From: Candidatus Sumerlaeales bacterium
Lineage (GTDB): Bacteria > Sumerlaeota > Sumerlaeia > Sumerlaeales > Sumerlaeaceae
Direction of reading: 5' to 3'
DNA: 11,414 nucleotides
Assembly: GCA_038243585.1 (NCBI GenBank)
Contig: JBBSQY010000072.1
Location: 1-11,414, forward strand
Shown here in pieces: positions 1 through 8,000 of this stretch. The position numbers were made by a program, and so were the translations under genes. Each line of letters starts with the position of its first letter. The first letter of the stretch is position 1. Below the pieces are notes generated by a model that worked only from the letters and a program-made list of their open reading frames with translations, was not told the DNA's origin and made no database searches.

Positions 1-1
1 C

Positions 2-721
2 GAATTGCGCTATCTCAATTATGGTCGTCTGATCTTCACAGAAGAGATAAGTGACCACACTTTCAGCAGCGGAGAGCGCGAACGTATTCTTTTCGCTCTG
101 ACCCCCGGAGTCCAGGTGGACATCGCAGGGAAAACCTTTGCTCTCGCAGAGCATGACATGCTGTATGTGCCGCGCAATGCGGAGGCTAAAGTGTCAGGAC
201 CCCCAGGTGCTGATCTGGTGGTGGCAGGTAGTCTGAGCGACAAAGACGGCGAACCTCAAATGGTTAGATACGAGGATGTTCGCGATAATCCAGATTCCTA
301 TTTTGATGTCGGCTCGGAAGAGCTCGGAACGCGCCGTCGCATCTTTAATATGGTCGGTCACAACGTTGAAGCATCGCGTCTTCTGGCTGGATTTACCATG
401 GGAGAAAAGAGCGCATGGACAAGTTGGCCGCCACACGAACATCATAACAGCAAAGAAGAATTTTACCTTTTCTTTAACATGCCTAAGCCGGCATTCAGTG
501 TGCAATTTGTCTACTCAAACGTTGATGAGATGGAACTCGTTGAGGTCGTACAATCTGGTGATTGCGTCACGATACCAGGTGGCTATCATCCAACAGCTGC
601 GGCTCCAGGATACAGCAGCGTATTCTTGTGGGTGATGGCTGGTTACGATCCTGAAAAAGATCGTGATTTCAAACACGGCATCAACATTCAGCCAGACTAT
701 CAGGATGTTAAATTTATCTGA
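2..721 (+). CDS. IolB/KduI-family cupin isomerase (5-deoxy-glucuronate isomerase-like), 5'-truncated at the window edge
   Basis: The frame is open from the window start (gaa ttg cgc...), so TTG at 5 is probably not the true start. Motifs WTSWPPHEH, EEFY and GYHP resemble the IolB metal-binding motifs (WSSYPPHKH...EExY...GYHP). Stop TGA at 719-721, 2 nt before kduD. Confidence 0.85.
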   Translation, partial: ELRYLNYGRLIFTEEISDHTFSSGERERILFALTPGVQVDIAGKTFALAEHDMLYVPRNAEAKVSGPPGADLVVAGSLSDKDGEPQMVRYEDVRDNPDSYFDVGSEELGTRRRIFNMVGHNVEASRLLAGFTMGEKSAWTSWPPHEHHNSKEEFYLFFNMPKPAFSVQFVYSNVDEMELVEVVQSGDCVTIPGGYHPTAAAPGYSSVFLWVMAGYDPEKDRDFKHGINIQPDYQDVKFI

Positions 722-723
722 TC

Positions 724-1482
724 ATGGAAATCTTTCGGCTGGATGGCCAGGTAGCGATGGTGACTGGCGGTACAGCAGGCATCGGCATGGCTATCTGCGG
801 CTGTATGGCAGAAGCCGGCGCCGATGTGGTTGCTGTGGGCTCCAGCGGGCATTTCGATGATGTGCGTCCGCTGGTTGAGATGCACGGGCGGCGGTTCCAC
901 GGTATCAGGGCCGACCTCGCAAATATGGACGAGGTGCGCCTGCTGGTACCCGAGACGGTTGACGTGTTAGGTCGAATAGACATCCTGGTAAACAATGCCG
1001 GGATAATCCGGCGTGCGCCGTCTATCGACGTTTCAGAAGAAGATTGGGATACCGTAATGAACGTCAATCTCAAATCTGCCTTTCTGCTCTCCCAGGCCGC
1101 AGCTCGGGTATTTATGAAGCAGGGGAGCGGTGGCCGTATCATCAACATTGCCTCGCTGCTCTCGTTCCAGGGAGGCATTCTGGTACCGTCCTACACTGCC
1201 AGCAAGGCTGGTCTGGCTGGAATCACAAAAGCCCTGGCAAATGAATGGGCGTCGCAGGCTATCAATGTCAATGCAATCGCTCCTGGCTATATAGCAACGG
1301 CGAACACCCAGGCATTGCGAGACGATCCTGAACGGAGTAAATCCATTCTCGAGCGTATACCAGCGGGCCGTTGGGGCGAGCCTGCGGATATTGGCGGAAT
1401 GGCCGTGTTCCTGGCGTCTCCGGCGTCTAAGTATTGCAACGGCGGGGTGTATCCGGTCGATGGCGGGTGGCTGGGGCGATGA
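724..1482 (+). CDS. kduD: 2-dehydro-3-deoxy-D-gluconate 5-dehydrogenase KduD (SDR family)
   Basis: 252 aa SDR with TGGTAGIG, NNAGIIRR, IASLLSFQGGI, catalytic YTASK, and KduD-typical NAIAPGY...ILERIPAGRWG...VDGGWLGR. Confidence 0.92.
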   Translation: MEIFRLDGQVAMVTGGTAGIGMAICGCMAEAGADVVAVGSSGHFDDVRPLVEMHGRRFHGIRADLANMDEVRLLVPETVDVLGRIDILVNNAGIIRRAPSIDVSEEDWDTVMNVNLKSAFLLSQAAARVFMKQGSGGRIINIASLLSFQGGILVPSYTASKAGLAGITKALANEWASQAINVNAIAPGYIATANTQALRDDPERSKSILERIPAGRWGEPADIGGMAVFLASPASKYCNGGVYPVDGGWLGR

Positions 1483-1615
1483 GGCACTGCTTTGAAACCA
1501 TCGACGAGCACGTGCTCGTTTCTCCCGCCTCTGAAGGTTTTTTTTACCTGCATCTTATCCAATTTTTGAATGAAAACCACCCGCACCTTATATAGGTGCG
1601 TGGTTCAGCCAGTCC

Positions 1616-1620
1616 GGAGG
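1616..1620 (+). promoter_or_regulatory. Shine-Dalgarno site of rpmF
   Basis: GGAGG 8 nt upstream of ATG 1629. Confidence 0.8.
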
Positions 1621-1628
1621 AAATACTC

Positions 1629-1820
1629 ATGCCAGTACCAAGACGGCGACACTGCCCCGCTCGGCGGGATCGCAGGCGCGCCAACCATAAAATGACAGCC
1701 ATTCAAGGTTTCAGCGATTGCGCAAACTGCTCTCAACCGCGTTTGTCTCACCGTATATGCCAAAGCTGTGGTGAGTTTAAAGGCCGTATCTACGGCAAGA
1801 AAAACGCGGAACAGGCTTAA
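1629..1820 (+). CDS. rpmF: 50S ribosomal protein L32 (zinc-ribbon form), 63 aa
   Basis: MPVPRRRHCPARRDRRRA N-terminus, CANC...HRICQSCG zinc ribbon. GGAGG at 1616-1620 lies 8 nt before ATG 1629, a better start than the GTG at 1596 in the track. Sits upstream of plsX, as is usual. Confidence 0.95.
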   Translation: MPVPRRRHCPARRDRRRANHKMTAIQGFSDCANCSQPRLSHRICQSCGEFKGRIYGKKNAEQA

Positions 1821-1878
1821 AGTTTAAGCAGGTTCAGGTCGCAACATTCGGCCACCTCATTTAGAAGGCGTCAAATTT

Positions 1879-1929
1879 ATCGCCCGGTTTTTCGGAAATT
1901 TTCGGATAAACCGGGCGATTTTGCGTTTT
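1879..1929 (+). terminator. Intrinsic terminator-like hairpin after rpmF
   Basis: Perfect 12-bp inverted repeat ATCGCCCGGTTT (1879-1890) / AAACCGGGCGAT (1908-1919). The inner region can pair further with G-U pairs. A T-rich tail follows (tttgcgtttt). Confidence 0.7.
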
Positions 1930-2037
1930 ACCCCTAATGTGTCTTAATCTTTTTGCAGTACCTTTGTAGTAACAGGCTTGCGCGACGGGCGTTTTATAGA
2001 ACGTTCCCGTCAGAATTTTGTAGCGATAAGTAGGGGA

Positions 2038-3135
2038 ATGGCCAGTAGATTCAGCCGCTTAAGAGAAGAAGTTCGTATTCGCCGCCAGGGCCGTAATCGA
2101 GGGCCTGTGACAGTTGCTCTGGATGTAATGGGCACCGAGGCAGGCGTAGACGAGATGCTTCGCGGGGCTTTGCAGGCCGTAGAAGATTTCTCACTGGTCA
2201 GCGTGATTTGTGTTGGTGATGCTGAATTGATCCAGACCCACATGCTCCGGTTGGCCATTTCGCATCCGCGGATATCCATCGAGCACGCTGATGACGTTAT
2301 CGGCATGGACGAACAACCTCATCAGTCTCTTAAGAAAAAGAACAGCAGCATAGCCGTGGCCGCACGTCTGGTACAGGATAAACTGGCTGACGCCGTAGTA
2401 TCGCCAGGAAACACTGGCGCCACCATGGCCACCTGTATGGTGCAGTGGCGCCGGTTGCCAGGTATTTCGCGGCCTGCCATTGCCACAGTGCTGCCCCACC
2501 CAAAACGGCCGTGCCTCCTTTTAGACGTCGGCGCAAACATCGACTGCAAAGGCCGCAATCTGCTACATTTTGCTATCATGGGTTCAACATATGCCCGCTT
2601 TGTGCTTCATCGACGCAAGCCTAGGGTCGGCGTGCTGTCCAATGGTGAAGAGGACTGCAAGGGTACGGAAATGGTTAAGGAAGCCGCAGGCTTGCTCCGC
2701 TCTTCCACACTAAATTTTTCCGGCAACGCCGAAGGCCGCGATCTGATGAACGGCACCTTTGATGTTGTTGTCTGCGACGGTTTTGTCGGCAACGTGGTTC
2801 TTAAGTTTGGCGAAGCGCTGGCTGAGTTTATTATGACAAATCTCAAAGACGAAGTTCGCCGAAGTGTTATTTCACAGGTGGGCGCCCTTGCGATGCTTCC
2901 TGCACTGCAAAGATTTCGAAAACAGGTGGATCATGCCGAATATGGGGGCGCACCGCTGCTTGGGCTTAATGGCGTATGTATCATATGCCATGGGTCGTCT
3001 CGTGCCAAGGCTATCCGTAATGCTATTCGTGTAGCCGCTGAGCAGGTATCCCTTAAGGTGAACGAGCATATTCTGGAAGAACTCCACGCCAATCCTGAAG
3101 TTCAGTCGACACCTGTTGAATGTGCCGTGCGATGA
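2038..3135 (+). CDS. plsX: Phosphate acyltransferase PlsX
   Basis: VALDVMG, SPGNTGA, GISRPAI, LDVGANID, NGEEDCKG, GNAEGRD, DVVVCDGFVGNVVLK, EYGGAPLLGLNG, ICHGSS motifs. The start is uncertain (TTG 1978, ATG 2038 or GTG 2107). Confidence 0.95.
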   Translation: MASRFSRLREEVRIRRQGRNRGPVTVALDVMGTEAGVDEMLRGALQAVEDFSLVSVICVGDAELIQTHMLRLAISHPRISIEHADDVIGMDEQPHQSLKKKNSSIAVAARLVQDKLADAVVSPGNTGATMATCMVQWRRLPGISRPAIATVLPHPKRPCLLLDVGANIDCKGRNLLHFAIMGSTYARFVLHRRKPRVGVLSNGEEDCKGTEMVKEAAGLLRSSTLNFSGNAEGRDLMNGTFDVVVCDGFVGNVVLKFGEALAEFIMTNLKDEVRRSVISQVGALAMLPALQRFRKQVDHAEYGGAPLLGLNGVCIICHGSSRAKAIRNAIRVAAEQVSLKVNEHILEELHANPEVQSTPVECAVR

Positions 3136-3284
3136 CTGTAAGCGCTCAAATAATTTGCAGATAAACTGGGTAAGGTTTCTCTGCGGGAAAATCAACTGCA
3201 AGTAGTGAGTCTGTAACGTGGCGCGACCATTCTTCTTTATGACACGCAGGAGATGGTTGATTTGAAAGGGTTATGTAAATCAGC

Positions 3285-6200
3285 ATGATGAAAAATTTTT
3301 TCGGCAAAGTCTTCGGGAACAAGCAACTTCGCGATATGAAACGCATTCGTCCCATCATTGATGAGATAAATGCCTACTATGAAGAGTATCATAATCTCTC
3401 GGAAGATGAACTACGCGGGAAAACTGCTGAATTTAAACAGCGCCTTGCCGATGGCGAGACTCTGGATGATCTTTTGCCTGAAGCTTTCGCCGTGGTACGA
3501 GAGACCTGTTTGCGCCACAAGGGCAAAAGCTGGCCTGCCGCCGGCGTTGAAGTAATCTGGGACATGGTACCGTATGATGTGCAGATGGCCGGCGGTATAG
3601 CCTTGCACGAAGGCCGCATCGCCGAAATGGCGACCGGTGAAGGTAAGACTCTTGTAGCCGTGGCTCCGCTGTACCTCAATTCCTTACCGGGTCGCGGTAC
3701 CCACCTGATTACTGTGAATGATTATCTGGCCACGCGCGACAGCGAATGGATGGCCCCAATCTTTGAATTCCTTGGTCTCTCCGTCGGGTGTCTGGACTCA
3801 ACCCAGCCGAACACCCTTGAGCGCAGATCGATGTACGAAAAAGATATTACCTACGGGACGAACCATGAATATGGTTTTGATTACCTGCGTGATAATATGG
3901 TCACAAGCCCGGATCAGGTGGTACAGCAGCGCGGACACTTTTTTGGAATCGTCGACGAAGTGGATAACATTCTTATCGATGAAGCCCGTACGCCATTGAT
4001 CATCAGCGGACCCGTTGATCGTAGTACGCACCGGTATATGGAAATCCGACCTGTCGTATTTGATCTGGTTAAGAAGCAAAACGCTCTTTGTAGTCAGTAT
4101 ATGACCGAAGTAGAAGAAGTCGGCCGTAAAGGTTCTATCTCTCGCGATGAAGGCATAAAGCTGTTGCAGGTGCAGCGCGGCTTGCCTAAGCAGAAGCGCC
4201 TTCAGAAAATGAAAGCCGAACCGGGCGTTCAGGCGTTGATTGAAAAGACAGAACTCGAATTTCTCGCTGAGAAAAATTTGCCTGAGCTCGACGAAGGTCT
4301 TTATTATACCGTCGATGAAAAAACCCACCAGATTGATTTGACGGAAAAAGGCCGCGAGGAGCTTTCGCCTACCAATCCGAAGCTGTGGGAACTTCCCGAT
4401 ATCGTGGAAGAAATCGCAGCTATCGATGCCGGCGATTTTGAAGTCATTGAGATGGTGGATGGCACCGAAGTGTTATTAAACGGCACCGCGGCGCAGCGCC
4501 AGACAACCAAAAATGCCGATGGCAGCTTCGAACTTCATAAGCACGATGGTATTCAGCGGATACCGGCTGACCAGGTCGCCGCTGTAAAACCTGGAACTGC
4601 TCTTGACAAAGCAGGACGCGAACGGTTCAAAGATGTCATTCGCGCGGAGATGGGTGTCCAGACGGAAAAGCTTCACAATATCTCGCAGATGCTGAAGGCT
4701 TATAGCCTGTACGAAAAAGATGTTGAGTATGTGGTGCAGGAAAACAAGGTTATTATCGTAGACGAGTTCACGGGCCGTCTAATGAATGGCCGCCGCTGGA
4801 GCGATGGACTTCATCAGGCTGTTGAAGCTAAAGAAGGCGTCGAAATTGAAGTGGAGACGCAAACCCTCGCCACTGTTACGCTTCAGAACTATTTCCGTAT
4901 GTACGAAAAACTTTCCGGCATGACCGGTACGGCGGAAACCGAAGCGGGCGAGTTCGCGCACACATATGAAATTGACGTTATGGTCGTGCCAACAAATCGC
5001 CCCATAAAACGTACAGACAGCAACGATGTGGTGTATAAAACCAAACGCGAAAAATACAAAGCTGTTATCGATGAAATAGCCGTCTGCCACGAAAAGAAGC
5101 TTCCGGTACTGGTCGGTACTGTAAGTGTTGAAGTTAGCGAATTGCTCAGCCGTTACCTGAAGGCACGCCGCATTCCTCACAACGTTTTGAATGCGAAAAA
5201 CCATCAGCGGGAAGCAGAAATTGTAATGGGAGCCGGACAGCCCGGCGCAGTAACCATCGCCACCAACATGGCAGGCCGCGGTACCGATATTAAACTTCAT
5301 CCAGATGTTATCATTCGCACTGAAGAAGGCGAAGGCGTGGATGGCGGCTTGCAGATTATCGGGACAGAGCGCCACGAAAGCCGGCGAATCGATCGTCAGT
5401 TGCGCGGTCGTGCCGGTCGTCAGGGCGATCCGGGGTCGTCCAAATTCTTTATTTCGCTCGAAGATGATCTCATGCGCCTTTTCGGCAGCGATCGTATTGT
5501 TCGAATAATGGATCGCCTGGGACTGGAAGAGGGTGAAGACATTACGCATCCGCTAGTTTCTCGCGCTATTGAAAGCGCTCAGAAAAAAGTGGAGTCTCGA
5601 AATTTCGAAATTCGTAAAAAGACACTCGACTACGATAACGTAATGAACAAGCAGCGGGAGTCGATTTACACGCTGCGTCGTGATGTATTGATGGGCGACA
5701 ATATTAAGCCGATCATCCTGGACATCCACCTTCAGGCAATCGAAAATCTTTTAGCGGAATTTCATCCCAAAGGCGGCGCGGTCGGCGAAGTATGGGATGC
5801 TGAAGGATTTCTTGATCACATTCAGCGGCATGTTCCTTACGCAAATTTTAAGGAACTCGAAGAAGCTGCCCAAGCTTCTGACACCGACACCCTGCTCGAT
5901 TTAATTTCTGAAAAGCTTAACGAGTCCTACGGAGCAAAATCCGAACAGCTAGGCGAAGAGCTGCTGGTGCGACTGGCCCGCTACGTGGTGCTCCGCCGTA
6001 TTGATGACAACTGGCGCGATCACCTTCTCGCCATCGACGAAATGCGAGAGAGCATTGGCTGGCGCGGATATGCGCAGCTTGATCCGCTCGTAGAGTATCA
6101 AAAAGAAGCTTCCATCATGTTTGAAGAGCTGATGAGGCACATGCATAAAGAAGTGCTTGAGCACTTCTTCCTGACCCAGCCAGTAATGCAGGCGCAGGAA

Positions 6201-6434
6201 CCGGAACAGCAGGTAGGCCAGATACAGGCACGACAGGCTACGCTGGAAGAGGCAATTCCAGAAGCAGGCGGTATGACGCCGGGCGACGATGGTAATATCG
6301 AAGGCGGTATGGATCAGGGCCCAATGCAGCCTGCCCGACGCGACATGTCGAAAGTAGGACGAAACGATCCTTGTCCCTGTGGCAGTGGAAAGAAATTTAA
6401 GAAATGCTGTGGAGTTGGCGTAGAAACAGCATAA
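3285..6434 (+). CDS. secA: Preprotein translocase ATPase SecA (long form, C-terminal SEC-C motif)
   Basis: EMATGEGKT Walker A, VTVNDYLA-like [63 protein letters not shown], and C-terminal [19 protein letters not shown]. Start is ATG 3285 or 3288. Confidence 0.98.
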   Translation: MMKNFFGKVFGNKQLRDMKRIRPIIDEINAYYEEYHNLSEDELRGKTAEFKQRLADGETLDDLLPEAFAVVRETCLRHKGKSWPAAGVEVIWDMVPYDVQMAGGIALHEGRIAEMATGEGKTLVAVAPLYLNSLPGRGTHLITVNDYLATRDSEWMAPIFEFLGLSVGCLDSTQPNTLERRSMYEKDITYGTNHEYGFDYLRDNMVTSPDQVVQQRGHFFGIVDEVDNILIDEARTPLIISGPVDRSTHRYMEIRPVVFDLVKKQNALCSQYMTEVEEVGRKGSISRDEGIKLLQVQRGLPKQKRLQKMKAEPGVQALIEKTELEFLAEKNLPELDEGLYYTVDEKTHQIDLTEKGREELSPTNPKLWELPDIVEEIAAIDAGDFEVIEMVDGTEVLLNGTAAQRQTTKNADGSFELHKHDGIQRIPADQVAAVKPGTALDKAGRERFKDVIRAEMGVQTEKLHNISQMLKAYSLYEKDVEYVVQENKVIIVDEFTGRLMNGRRWSDGLHQAVEAKEGVEIEVETQTLATVTLQNYFRMYEKLSGMTGTAETEAGEFAHTYEIDVMVVPTNRPIKRTDSNDVVYKTKREKYKAVIDEIAVCHEKKLPVLVGTVSVEVSELLSRYLKARRIPHNVLNAKNHQREAEIVMGAGQPGAVTIATNMAGRGTDIKLHPDVIIRTEEGEGVDGGLQIIGTERHESRRIDRQLRGRAGRQGDPGSSKFFISLEDDLMRLFGSDRIVRIMDRLGLEEGEDITHPLVSRAIESAQKKVESRNFEIRKKTLDYDNVMNKQRESIYTLRRDVLMGDNIKPIILDIHLQAIENLLAEFHPKGGAVGEVWDAEGFLDHIQRHVPYANFKELEEAAQASDTDTLLDLISEKLNESYGAKSEQLGEELLVRLARYVVLRRIDDNWRDHLLAIDEMRESIGWRGYAQLDPLVEYQKEASIMFEELMRHMHKEVLEHFFLTQPVMQAQEPEQQVGQIQARQATLEEAIPEAGGMTPGDDGNIEGGMDQGPMQPARRDMSKVGRNDPCPCGSGKKFKKCCGVGVETA

Positions 6435-6439
6435 AATGC

Positions 6440-6469
6440 GATGGGTTGGCGGTTAAACGCCAACCCATC
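6440..6469. terminator. Hairpin between convergent secA and baeRF3-like gene (probable terminator, possibly bidirectional)
   Basis: Perfect 12-bp stem GATGGGTTGGCG (6440-6451) / CGCCAACCCATC (6458-6469) with a 6-nt loop. The - strand continues gcattttat. The + strand tail is only pyrimidine-rich, not a clean T run. Confidence 0.7.
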
Positions 6470-6485
6470 TGCCTTCTAATTCTCT

Positions 6486-7655
6486 TTACGCTTCGTAACG
6501 GTAAATTGCTGCAAGTCCAGTTGTGGTCGGCATGTGGTCTGCGGGAATCAGGAAAACCTGCCCACCATTTAATTCCACTAATTCTCCAAGGTCATCCAGC
6601 ATATCATCAGCCGCCGGATTCTTCTCATTACCAGCTTCAACTTTGCCAGTACCGGAATCAATCCGCCCGCGTAGAATCTTGTTCTCCTCAAGGAAAACCG
6701 TGTTAACACGACCATCTACTGCTGCCTTTGCAACCTCAGTAAGGTCATCGCTTCCCAGGTTGCGGGATTGTGCAACCTTGAACTCATCCTTCATCGCATC
6801 AAGCCGCGCATGATACTGCGGCTCCATGGCCTGCCAGGCTAGATCCCGTAGTTGCTCGTCCTTCACTGCCTTCGGGTTTATCTTAACGCCCTCAGCCTGA
6901 AGAAATGGGTTATTACTGACCTTATGAAAATGATGGTGGTGTTCTGCGAGGGCCACCAGCACAAGCGGCAGTTTCGATTCCTTGGACACATGCTCATGCA
7001 CGGCAGTGTCAATAGCGCGAAAAAAGCGCTCTTCATCGATCTCCCGTTCATCTCTGCCGCCGCCACTCCCGGCATTCATGATCAGGTTGCCACGTCTTTG
7101 AACGGCAAACGGCGTAGGGTGCGGGTACTCTTCTTCCACGTCGCGGCCGAGCGCTCCCTTAATAGTTTTAGGTACTTCAGGCGAAGTAACGACAGATTCG
7201 ATACTGTTGCGAGTTCCCTGGTAGATTTCTATCTCGTCCAGCGATAACGCCAGCAACTGATACTGGTCCGTACTCTGGAGAAACTTCCTCAACGGTTTAA
7301 CGTGGAAACTATCCGACACAACCACAAGCTCACCAACAGTTCGCGGAAACACAAACACCTGGAATGTGTTCTCAGATAGCAGCACACCGATTCCATCCAA
7401 TGTGTGGTTCCAGAAATCGCGGTTTTCTGCCAGCTCGTGAAATGGCTCAAGTAGTTTTTTTCGCGTAGCCTCGTCATGGCCCGCTTCAAGACTCTTTTCC
7501 AGCCGACTCAGAAGATTCTTAAATCGGATGGGATCTTGCTGGTTTTCAGGAACATGGCGGTGTGTGGGCTGATACAGTGAGATGCATGTAGACGATGTGT
7601 CAGCCATTAATTGATCTAAAGCCTGTCGTGTTGGATACTGCGGTTCATTAGGCAT
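6486..7655 (-). CDS. Bacterial archaeo-eukaryotic release factor-like protein (baeRF3 type; candidate Balon-like ribosome hibernation factor), 389 aa
   Basis: CISLYQPTH...DPIRFKNLL, FWNHTLDGIGV, VSDSFHVKPL, RFFRAIDTAV, LPLVLVAL, AAVDGRVNTVF, DDMLDDLGELVELNGGQV, MPTTTGLAAIYRY (aeRF1/Pelota-like C-terminal GxAAxxRY). ATG 7655 is preferred because GGAGAG (7663-7668, - strand) lies 7 nt upstream. Confidence 0.85.
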   Translation of the reverse strand: MPNEPQYPTRQALDQLMADTSSTCISLYQPTHRHVPENQQDPIRFKNLLSRLEKSLEAGHDEATRKKLLEPFHELAENRDFWNHTLDGIGVLLSENTFQVFVFPRTVGELVVVSDSFHVKPLRKFLQSTDQYQLLALSLDEIEIYQGTRNSIESVVTSPEVPKTIKGALGRDVEEEYPHPTPFAVQRRGNLIMNAGSGGGRDEREIDEERFFRAIDTAVHEHVSKESKLPLVLVALAEHHHHFHKVSNNPFLQAEGVKINPKAVKDEQLRDLAWQAMEPQYHARLDAMKDEFKVAQSRNLGSDDLTEVAKAAVDGRVNTVFLEENKILRGRIDSGTGKVEAGNEKNPAADDMLDDLGELVELNGGQVFLIPADHMPTTTGLAAIYRYEA

Positions 7656-7737
7656 ATGCAAACTCTCCGGAAGCCCTTGCTGTATAAGGCGAATTTGAAA
7701 CCATTGCATTTGCAATAGTTACATCCCATTCTTATAT

Positions 7738-7754
7738 GGCAAGTTTTCTGCCAA
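7738..7754 (-). promoter_or_regulatory. Putative sigma54 (-24/-12) promoter for the baeRF3-like gene
   Basis: The - strand reads TTGGCAGAAAACTTGCC, with GG (7752-7751)-N10-GC (7740-7739). This matches the TGGCA-N6-TTGC core of the sigma54 consensus, about 85 nt upstream of ATG 7655. Confidence 0.6.
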
Positions 7755-8000
7755 GCAACTGCGCCTACCAAGGCTTAACCCCGGCCACAACAGGTTTTAT
7801 CTCCTTGCCATATCCGGAAAGCAGTTACACCACCTTAGTCATAGTCATACTGCTACGTTAAATCCAGGTACAGGTATCAAAAACTGAAAACCGGACGTGA
7901 AAACAAAGCACGGCCTCCAAAGCCAAACAGGTATCTTCTCCCCGACAGCGATACTGCGCCCTTCCGTCGACCTGTACGGACAGCCACCTTCGCAGATAGG

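Noticed and set aside
1527..1545. Terminator after kduD (short stem plus T8)
   Set aside because: The stem before the T run is only 3-4 bp, too weak to call.
1596..1628. GTG 1596 start for L32
   Set aside because: L32 proteins begin at M(A/P)VP, and the GGAGG fits ATG 1629.
4434..4680. SecA insertion as an intein
   Set aside because: Too short, with no N-terminal Cys/Ser splice block. The nearby HN (KLHNIS) is followed by Ile, not Cys/Ser/Thr, and belongs to the normal SecA helix.
4779..5549. 256-aa and 176-aa (3798-4328) minus-strand ORFs
   Set aside because: Antisense shadows of secA with no recognisable motifs.
6404..6706. 100-aa + strand ORF after secA and other short overlapping ORFs in the track
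   Set aside because: They overlap well-supported genes or a terminator hairpin and show no protein-like motifs.
7656..7715. 20-aa N-terminal extension of the baeRF3-like ORF from TTG 7715
   Set aside because: A well-spaced GGAGAG precedes ATG 7655, and family-like sequence begins after it.
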